This document shows, one piece after another, positions 54,945 through 64,000 of a DNA stretch of 64,000 nucleotides. The notes under the pieces are model-generated. The model worked only from the letters and a program-made list of their open reading frames with translations, had not been told where the DNA came from and searched no databases. Both the position numbers and the translations under genes were made by a program. The DNA comes from Basidiobolus meristosporus CBS 931.73. Lineage: Eukaryota > Fungi > Basidiobolomycota. Position 1 is the stretch's first letter. Every line of letters starts with the position of its first letter. Where the stretch lies: contig MCFE01000136.1 of the NCBI GenBank assembly GCA_002104905.1, forward strand, positions 1 through 64,000, written 5' to 3'.

Positions 54945-55559
54945 TTCGTGGCGAAAGGCAGGGGCTATCAAGGTCGTACATGAATACACTACGTTAAAAA
55001 ATATTTTGCGCACAATCAAACCTACCTTCAATAAAGAAAGGACAATATACTGCAACAGTATCGAGGAATTAGGATTGGCGTGTATGTAAAGCCAAAGAAA
55101 ATTATACAACGGTACGAAAGACAGAATTACAAGTGGAAAAGAGTAGGAATAAAGAAAACAAATAGATAGTCGTGAAGAATGCGTTCAAAAATAATACGAA
55201 GCAAGTATAACCAAGAGCAAGATGCTGCAAATGACCTGCTAGGCTATACCAACCTCGAAGCATAGATGGCTGCTGGCCAATCAAAAGTCGAGGAGGATGC
55301 TCAAAGAAACCAACCCGCCAATTATCCTGTCCCACCATAGGCTTAATTTAGTCATTCTAGTAATTGGATTTCCATGTATGACCAGCGGAGGATTCCTGAG
55401 GCTATTCTAGTGGGCGTAATTCTATTAGTAAAGCACGAAGAAAAATGGCCTCAAATCTCATCACGATATAGGGGCTTTTCCACAACGGACATGGCAATTT
55501 GCATCTAGATTGGTTTTGGTAGAGCCCCACATATCCTTGACCCACATTCTACAAATAGC

Positions 55560-57028
55560 TAAAATAGGCAGCGATAATTAATAAATTGGCCAGATTACTA
55601 AATTGGTGGAGGAATGTTTACGTTCATGTTACATCCAGATTAGCTATTCTGGCTAATGATCACATACGAAGTCGGCGATATTGGTGGATGGAAGTCGACA
55701 CGAATGTTTCACTGTGGATGAACATTCATTTAATAGCCATTACTAAATCAGTAAGGCCTCAGGACATTGGGTTTCGCCAAATCAAATTCCTTGCCTTGCG
55801 CTGCATTGTGTTTGACAACAATGTTGTTCTTGGCATCTCTCTCATATTCAAATACACCATCACCCTATGTTGCTAGCCCAAAGGCACCGCCTTACAATGG
55901 AAGAAGTTCCTTGAGAAGCCACTTCATGCAAAAGTAAGGTCTCATATAGTCAGGGTCTCGCTCTGTCACCTGAATAGACTCCCTGAGAATGGATGTGAAA
56001 TTCACTCTACACATCCGCGGAGCCTATATCAAATTGATATTGGGACTGGGCACGAGATATGAATGAACGCCGTTCCACAAACTCTTGCATTCCGGTCTTG
56101 TTGAACCTTGGGTGGCACTGTTGTTACGAGTATTTGTCTACCTCTACACAGCATATATGAGATTAGCTTTCGGATGCATGTGCAAACGGGGTTATTGTTG
56201 TATGATCTGAGGCAGTATGCACAATGGTCATTTAACTAGTGCACAGCTCTAGGATTAGTAGAGTGTAGTTCTGTTTCACACGAATACCACTCTGACTATC
56301 ACAGCATGAGCGCAACCTATCTCACAGCATTTGCCCTATAATGGTATAATGAATGAGGCCTTCCAGGGAATTTAAGGGTCAGCAATCATTTATCAGTATT
56401 AGGGATATCGTCCGCAGATTCAGCAAATATTCTTTCGAGCGAACTGAGCCCTAGGCTCCTTCAGTTCACCGGATGCTAGGATACGCTTGAGGTCACAGAA
56501 TGGTACGGCATCAAAGTTCGACGATAGTACATCCATACACACTATTCTTCTGTCCCTTTTCATTGTGAATTATCTTGGATACAGTCAATATTTTTGGCCG
56601 AATTTGGTGGTAGTTGATCATAGATATCTTGTTGGAAGGGGTCACCCATCTGCTTAACAAACCCTACTGCGGCTATTAGGGTCATGCATATCAAATTGAT
56701 TCGGTTTGGCACTTCACCTGTCCATTTATTTCACACAACCATTTGATCGATTGCAAGATTTGCTTTGGAAGACTTTAGTTGATATATTGAAAGCCTATGA
56801 AAATCTCAAACTTGGAACTCATCCGATAATCTGCTGATATTTTGCTGGCATTCAGCTGGTGTTTTTCCTTGAAATTTTTGGTTGCGATATTGGTAGGAGT
56901 AGTGAGTAGTTGAATACCAAATCTGGTATTAAGGTCAGTGGGCCTAGTCTCCTCCTGGAAAATATGTTGGCTTGTCAGACAAATAGTTAGTACCTGAGAT
57001 ATTGAGAACTAACCCTAAGTTGGTTGGA
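55560..57028 (-). pseudogene. Decayed ORF of unknown family
   Basis: Consecutive protein-like minus-strand segments broken by stops and frameshifts (see finding). Abuts the copia LTR at 57029. No motif recognised. Confidence 0.3.
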
Positions 57029-57486
57029 TCTTGTAAAAATTCGTAATTCCACCTAGATATTCACCTAACTTAGTGACCTGGATCATTACCTACAAATCTT
57101 AGAGAATACTGACCAAATTCCTTGTTGGGATTTACCTTGAATATTTTCACCAAAACATCAGGTACCCAGAACATGAAAATTAGATAAGCTGTCCAGGCAG
57201 CCCCAAGCTTTACACATATGTTCTTTGGAGCTTTTCGAGCATATTATGTCAACAGCATGTAAAAGTATAAATACTACTTTTACATTCAATAAATCATTAA
57301 GTGAAAACCACGTAATTTACTTGCTCTCCCGATCACTTCCAATATTCCCAAGACTCTTAAAACAGGCTATGAGCCCCAAGCTGTCACTCTCTGCAATGCC
57401 TGCCACTGCTAATACTGTAATTTCTCCCTCTGCTGAAAAGTTGGATGGATTTAACTGCCAAGTGTGGAAGGTGCAGATGAAGATAC
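57029..57486 (+). mobile_element. Truncated Ty1/copia copy 1: LTR (57029-57364), PBS and the start of gag
   Basis: Degenerate ends TCTTGTAAAA..TCTTAAAACA. PBS-like GGCTATGAGCCCC. gag start EKLDGFNCQVWKVQMKIL, cut off by the next LTR. Confidence 0.85.
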
Positions 57487-59086
57487 TGTTGTAAGAATTC
57501 GTAATTCCACCTAAATATTCCCCTAACTTATTCCCTTAGATCATTACCTTCAAATCCTAGAGAATACTGACCAAATTCCTTGTTGGGATTTACTTAGAAT
57601 ATTTACCCAGAACATGAAAATTAGATAAGTTGTCCAAACAGCCCCAAACTTTGCACACATGTTCTTGGGACCTTCCTTAATCTATTCTACATGTTTTTTA
57701 TTTCAAGACCATGTAAAGGTATCAATATACTTTTACATTCAATAAATCATTAGGTGATAACCACATAATCTACTTGTTCTCCCAAATCACCTCCAGTATC
57801 TCCAAGACTCTTACAACAGATTATGAGCCCTGAGCTGTCACTCTCTGCAATGTCTACTACTGCTATTACTGGAATTTTTCCCTCTGCTGAAAAGTTTGAT
57901 GGATCTAACCACCAAGTGTGGAAGGTGAAGATGAAGATGCTGCTACAAGAAAGAGGCCTCTGGGATATTGTCATGGGAGAAGAATGCCCTCCTAAAAATG
58001 TGGCAGAGGAAGCCTTAAAGTATCAGAAGAAAGAACAAAGTGCCTTTAACTGCATTTGCCTTAATGTTAAAGACAAACTGCTAGTTCAATGCTCAAGAGC
58101 AAAAATGGGAAAGAATGCCTGGAAGGCATTAGAAGATACCTACCAGTAATGTTCAGCTGCTAAGAAATGTATGTGAGACAAAAATTCTTTACTACAAAGA
58201 TGAAGCTAGGAGAATAAATGAAAAATCTAATCAACAGAATTACCCTGTTGGTTGATGAGATGCAAAGTGTGGGTGTACTAGTTACTGATGAGAATGTGAT
58301 AGTTACCATCCTGAATAACCTAACAGATATGTTTCAGGGGTTTGTATCTGCCCTAGAGTCCAGAACTGAAAATTTGACCTTCAATTTTGCATATGGGAGG
58401 CTCCTGGATGGAGAATTAAGAAAATCAATTGCTAATAAGAAGGAAGTAAAAATGCTTCAATATGCAACAACAACCTAGAGAGGAGGTACCCATGACCCTT
58501 TGAAGGCAACAGCAACCTGTTTTGCAACTACTGCAAATGGAAAGGACACACATTAAACTGGTGCCTCAAAAAGAGAGAGAATCAGCAAAAGAAACCTGAA
58601 TATGGAAATGCTGCAATAACTAAAGAAAAATTACTCATATCTGCACTCTATATGATTACAAGCAAGGATTCTCAGAAAAGGTATATTGAATATGGAGCAT
58701 CTCAACACTTTACATATCAAAAACAACTTTTACTCAATAGCAAGATATATTAAATAAGAAGGTTTTCCTGGGTGACAATAGAGCACTTAATGCAGCTAGA
58801 AGGAACTATCTAGGTGAGCCTCAGAAGCAGTAAAGGAAGCCACACACTTACCCTCAAAGAAGTATTTTATCAACCAGAAGTAACCAAGAACATCCTATCT
58901 GTAAGCTAGGCCACAGCACAAGGACTCAGTTTCAGTTTTGACAATTCTGGATGCAGGATAACTGATCAAAAGAGTGCCAATATTGCTTTGGGTATCAAAG
59001 ATCAGAATCTATATAGGTTGACTCATATTCCATCATATCTGGAAGCCAATCTGAGTAACTTAAATGAGGAAACACCAATTCTTTGG
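57487..59086 (+). mobile_element. Decayed Ty1/copia copy 2: 5' LTR (57487-57818), PBS, gag, zinc knuckle, protease; truncated before integrase
   Basis: LTR with perfect 10-bp inverted ends TGTTGTAAGA/TCTTACAACA. PBS GATTATGAGCCCTG. gag FDGSNHQVWKVKMKMLLQERGLWDIV; CNYCKWKGHTLNWC (CX2CX4HX4C, 58523-58564); degenerate protease YIEYGASQH; LKEVFYQPEVTKNILSVS and NLYRL; ends at NEETPILW (start of the gag-pre-integrase motif). Confidence 0.92.
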
Positions 59087-61645
59087 ATGTTGTAGTGGCA
59101 GAGATCTATGCATTCAGCTTTATGCTTGTATAATAGTTGCTCAAATTTTATCACAAACTCCATGTTTAAAAGCTGTAGATGTGTCAAGTTAGTGTTGTTG
59201 ATTCACCTCTAGATAAATATTCCCACAATGTCAACATATAACTCCCAATATTTCCAATGTACTTTGGGTGGAAATTGCCTTAGAAGGCCATATGAGTAAA
59301 TCCATATCCAGCTCATCCAGTACTTTCATATGTAGAGTTGCAGAAAAATATGAATATTGACTACAGTTTATGAGAAATACCTTGGGTGTTGCCTGCAGTG
59401 GAAAGCTTTTGCTCTAGCAGATTCCCTCTATCTCAATTATCTCTGGTTTTCACTAATTTCACATTTGAGCAATGGCTTATAGCTTGCCAGCTTTGCTGCA
59501 ATTGCATGTTAACTTCTGTACATACTCTCTGTGGGAAGATGATGTTCCTAGTATTGATGTTTGGATAACAGACTTGTTCCATTATCCTGTGCCAGGGCAT
59601 GTGGTGCAATCTATGGTCAATAAGAAGAATTGAACACAAATTTGTAGCTACCAGCAGCCAGGATTGCTCTTGAACATTTTGGCACTATGTGGGACAATCT
59701 TGCACAGTATGACACAATCCAACATAATAAGGCTGGCGCAAGTGATTGCACCAGCTTGTAATTTGTGCATCCCATGTGCAATTGGATTCTAATACTATTG
59801 TAGGTAAATTTCAGTACTCAGATATGCTTCTTGAATGTAATTGGCAATCAATAAATATCACACTATAAACTGTACTGATATGTGCCATTTTTGTAATATC
59901 ACTTCAATTGGATAGTATATCAGCCATTGATTGGTCTAAATGTATTCTAAGGCTGTAAGCCCCCAATTGGCTCAATGACCAATGCACAAGCTCCCTGATT
60001 TGCCAGCAAATATCCTATTTTGCCTATGAAGCAAGTAAATCAATGATATTATTGATTACACAAAGTGTCATAGCTAGCATGCTACCAATTGTGTAGCTAC
60101 AAAACAGATCAAATAGCTGCACTGGTGTTACAGATGATGAATAAGTATGCAGGGTGCCTATTTATTGGGGTTCTGTGTCAAATGCAAGGTAAACATGTTA
60201 TTGCTTTTATCAGAAATTTAGTGATCATTGGTAGGCAATAGTTTGACTTGGATTGCAAAGAAAAATAAATGGTTTAGATCATGATAATTGGTAGCAATTC
60301 AACACAATTGCATCAACTTGTAGATTTTTTCTTGCAGGGACTACTATTGAAGCGTATGGTAGTAATTCACTTTGCACACCTCAACTGCGTCCTTGATGAA
60401 TATCATCTTGACTACTTGTGTACTTGCAGTGAGTATTTGCCTCCTGGTTATGAGTGCAGTGCTGTAGCTTGGTCATGCAGAATTGCTCCAGAGGATCTCA
60501 TTGAGCCAGCTTGAACAACCCCATGCTGACACATTCTTTTACTTGCCAAAGGCTCCTGCGGTGTAGGTACTTCCAGCAGGTCTCTGTTAGTCAGTTGCCC
60601 AGAAGTAACTTGCTGATGGTCAGGTGCAACTGCACAGGCAGGTAAAACATGACAAGCTGGCATGGCCCTTGGCCAAGGCCAATATGACATTATGTGTACA
60701 AGAAACTTGACTGGCTTCAGCAAAATTGTGACTAATAGAGCAGTTTGGCAAGCCCTGGTTGTTTTGCTCTGAACTACACATGTTGATCCAATACTCATTG
60801 ATTTGGTGCATGGCACTTTTGTGAAGGATGTTTGCATGGATTGGAATGACTTGTGCTGGTGTGCTGGCATTGCAAGGTATGATAAGGAATCCAGCAAGGT
60901 ATGCTGGTGCAAGCAATATGCAGTTACCTGCAGTCTATATTCTTCCTCTTGAAGCTCACCTTCTGATTCCCTAATATATTCACTTACCCACTATCTGATA
61001 CTTTGGAACTGCTGCCTTAATGAGTGCTGTTTATAATGCTCTTGGAAGCCACTTAGCTATATTAATATATTATGCAGAACATTAGTCATTTAAGGTAAAA
61101 ATTCATCTAAATCTCCTTGGTTCCCAAAGTTGAGGCACAAATGGATGTGTCTGGTGTGTACTGTGCAAGTTGTGTGTGGAATTATTTGCATGCAGCTTCC
61201 TCATCAAATCCCCTTACTCTCAGCTCATTCTTGCAATCAATACTTGCATTGTTATATATCTTCTTACATACATCTACTGGCATCTTAATGTAGCACTCAT
61301 GCCACAGCTCTACCCAAATTCTTCTATCTGTGTTGACTCTCTGAGGCATCCATTTCTGCTAGATTAATGAGTAGTGCGCAAGTATCTGTACAAAGGCTCA
61401 ACATAGATACTGGGGCCATACTAAAGTCATTCATCAAGAACTCAAACAGATCCAACATTGTTTTTCCAGTCCAGACCTTGCTGGTCAGCTGGGAATGGTC
61501 ATCAATTGGGTAGTACCAAAGATGAGTTGAGACTTGGTAGAGGGACCATAGTGATAGATTTGGATACTTATATAGTAGTATGTTAGCTTCAGCCTGGTTG
61601 TATATCAAATTTATATGATAAATAATGTGATTGTTGAATTTACAT
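59087..61645 (-). mobile_element. Decayed DNA transposon, CACTA/En-Spm (Tnp2-like) transposase relic; upstream extent uncertain
   Basis: 59090-59330 reads YWMSWIWIYSYGLLRQFPPKVHWKYWELYVDIV..IFI....N..NL..L....MEFVIKFEQLLY.....LCHYNI. This follows the W..W...YS...L...LP......W..FV......F...FE.LY....C..NIH pattern of En-Spm-type transposases. The remainder is heavily mutated. Confidence 0.6.
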
Positions 61646-62389
61646 ATATTAGACTTGTTCCGTTGGATAGTGCCACATTGAGCCATGAGTGCCAAATGAT
61701 GCCATAGTGTGCCAGGTAAGCCAAGTGAGCCTATACTTGGCCACAGAGTGTGAAACATAGCTCTGCATCTTCATGCAAAGCAGCCCCTGTGTTTCACCCA
61801 TTGTGTGGGAGAAAATCTATTTTTTGACCTTTTTTTTTAGGTCAATGTTGTACAGGACATGTAAGAGTACAGAAGAACTGTAGACAAGTATCAGGTACTC
61901 AATGCCCATGGCACTCTGAATCTGGCTTCTGTGGCTTGTAACATGTCACAAAAATGCATGGCACTATCTTGGTCCACTGGTACTATCTGGCACTATAAGT
62001 GCTTTCTATTGATCTTACTTTAGTGCTAATAATTAAATATAGTGCCAGATAGTACCAGTGGACCAAGATAGTGCCATGCATATTTGTGACATGTTACAAG
62101 CCACATGAGCTAGATTCAGAGTGCCATGGGTATTGAGTATCAGATGCATATCTTCAATTCTTTTATGCTCTTACACATCCTGCACAACATTGATCCACAA
62201 AAAAACATCAAAAAATGGATTTTCTCCTGCATCATAGGTGAAACACAGGGGCTACTTTGCATGAAGATGCAGAGCAATGTTTCACACTCTGTGGCCAAGT
62301 ATAGGTTCACTTGGCCTCTCTGGCACACTATGGCATCATTTGGCACTCATGGCTCAATGTGGCACTATCCAACAGAACAAGTCTAATAT
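61646..62389. mobile_element. Non-autonomous foldback/MITE-like element: ~350-bp inverted arms with a 40-bp spacer
   Basis: 61646-61997 is the imperfect reverse complement of 62038-62389 over its whole length. Termini GACTTGTTC..GAACAAGTC are flanked by TA on both sides. Internal repeated GGCACTAT/ATAGTGCC motifs. Confidence 0.9.
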
Positions 62390-62659
62390 GCATGATGCAT
62401 CTTGAATTACCATGATACAGATTGGATCTCATCAGCCTCAGATTTCCTATTTAACTATCAACTTATGGGTAGATCATCAGTAATATCACCATGTCATTGC
62501 TTGTGGATGAATTTAGCAACATAATGATAGGATGTGTGGCAATTGACAGAGATTTAGTCATAATGCAAGGAAAATCAGAGAAATTGAGCTGATTGCACCA
62601 AAATGATTCAAATTACAGCTATACAATCACCTACCAATCTTAATATGACTTGTTCATCG

Positions 62660-63436
62660 CAATGGTATTTTCTGATGATCACATCACTACCAGCGGATTT
62701 TCTTTTGTCACATTAGAGGTGATCTATAGCAAGTATTGTGGACCATCACTCCTATCTAATCAAGAAGATCCCTTATTAAGCTCCTCTGCTTTTACAAGAA
62801 CTACAGCCCAACAAGGCTTCATCCCACCTTCCATGGCTGACTGCAATGGAGAACCACCTTGCCAAGGGTATAAATGAATTAGAACAAGCTTTGAATACTA
62901 GGTTCAGAAGCTCCAATAGACTTCCATATTCCAGAGTGGGTAGCAGCAGGTTCCCTATCAGGGGAATTTTGGATACCTTTCTAGTCTGGATCAACATATC
63001 TCTGGGAGGCAAAGGCACTTTTATTTTGGGAAATACAAGGCATATGTGGAAAGTTCCAAGCCCTGTCTGACATTGAGGGTAATATTGTTGGCTCAGTGGG
63101 CCATTTGCTGGAAGTAGGCATGACAAAGCAATCTGGTTAGAGAATCATCCAGAGTTCAGTAGAGGGGAGAAATGAATTGCAGACTTAGCTTATGTGGGAG
63201 AGGATTGTCAGAGATTTTGATGTATTACAGCTCACAGGAAGCTAAGGAATGGTGTGCTAGGCAGGAAGCAGAAGTGCTACAAAGACATGGTTAAACATTT
63301 CCAAGTCAGAGTAGAGCATACATTTAAATATCTAAAGAGATTGAGCATATTGGCAGGTAATGACCAGGAAAAGTCATATATAGACCCTATGAAAGGTTAT
63401 TGTGAAGTGCCCATCAAAAGGCTATCACAAATTTAA
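62660..63436 (+). mobile_element. IS5/PIF-Harbinger-type (DDE_Tnp_4, ISL2EU-like) transposase relic
   Basis: With frameshifts: FYxGKYKA..KFQALSDIEGNIV..SGPFAGSRHDKAIW, IADLAYVG and QVRVEHTFKYLKRLSIL. These match the YSGK..K.Q..D..G, GP..GS.HD, AD..Y.G and RV.VEH.F..LK motifs. Confidence 0.75.
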
Positions 63437-63438
63437 AA

Positions 63439-63610
63439 GACTTGTTCCGTTGGATAGTGCCACATAGAGCCAGCCTGCGTATAGTGCCAGATTGATCTGG
63501 CACCCTATGGCACTATCTGGCACTATAATTTCTACCATGATGCCAGTGGTATGATACAGTTACTGGTAATTTTACTCAATCTTACTTATGTTGCTCAAAA
63601 TAGTGCTTTC
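63439..63610 (+). repeat. Deleted derivative of the foldback element (same terminus plus central motifs)
   Basis: Begins GACTTGTTCCGTTGGATAGTGCCACAT, identical to 61652, and contains GGCACTATCTGGCACTATAA as in the inner arm. Confidence 0.75.
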
Positions 63611-63693
63611 CTTGCTTTATTTACTCTTCATAATGCTCCAAAAATATTTCTCTCAGTGGATGTCTTCTTGTATGAGCATACTGTGCATTAATA

Positions 63694-63823
63694 GGCTTGT
63701 TCTGTTGGATAGTGCCACATTGAGCCATGAGTGCTAAATGATGCCATAGTGTGCCAGAGAGGCCAAGTGAACCTATACTTGGCCACAGAGTGTGAAAAGT
63801 GGTTCTGCATCTCCATGCAAAGC
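63694..63823 (+). repeat. Third copy of the foldback terminal arm (~130 bp)
   Basis: GGCTTGTTCTGTTGGATAGTGCCACATTGAGCCATGAGTG...CTTGGCCACAGAGTGTGAAA aligns with 61652-61780 and is preceded by TA. Confidence 0.88.
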
Positions 63824-64000
63824 GGTGTGGTGGTGTAGAGGTACTCCTGGGAGAAGCTACACAACTCAAGGTGTGTGAGGTGTCTGATGGGTGCAATAAC
63901 CTCTGTGTCTAAACTGCTGGTGTCTTTGTCAATATGTCACTATGGTAAAAGCTCCTGCTTCTCTAGCTTCCTAGGTGCTCCAAGTGTCTCCAAAGGCCTC

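Noticed and set aside
61650-63830. Reiterated GGCACTAT/ATAGTGCC motifs considered as a CRISPR-like array
   Set aside because: Irregular spacing, no unique spacers, eukaryotic context. They are explained as subterminal repeats of the foldback element.
61324-63896. ORFs 61324-61758, 62126-62386 and 63621-63896 share the peptide FHTLWPSIGSLG...WHHLAL
   Set aside because: This is translation of the repeated hairpin-element arm, not a gene family.

Overview
64 kb of a eukaryotic genome. The gene set, short GT-AG introns with fungal branch points and a fungal-type U6 suggest an early-diverging fungus (Mucoromycota/Zoopagomycota-like; this is inference). Positions ~2-55 kb are ordinary gene-dense DNA: ThrE/Prm10 exporter, Gli-like C2H2 factor, TilS, BLOC-1 subunit 4-like, U6 snRNA, Chs4/Skt5-like SEL1 protein, PQ-loop protein, Ada3/Ngg1, sulfotransferase-fold protein, TIS11 CCCH protein, a small secreted protein, RasGEF, RlpA/DPBB protein, DHTKD1-type E1, glutaminyl cyclase, PP2A B'' subunit, a PH protein and myosin V. 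Positions ~57-64 kb are a nested, almost CpG-free transposon graveyard. It holds two Ty1/copia copies whose primer-binding site matches the anticodon arm of initiator tRNA-Met (Ty5-type half-tRNA priming), a CACTA-like transposase relic, a ~740 bp hairpin element with related termini nearby, and an IS5/Harbinger-type transposase relic. A solo LTR of the same copia family lies at 957-1300. I found no convincing novel multi-gene system. The best leads are the priming mode, the repeat-restricted CpG loss, the hairpin element, an extra 3' UUCG hairpin in U6 and an unidentified decayed ORF at 55.6-57.0 kb. All calls were made by eye without database searches, and exon boundaries are approximate.
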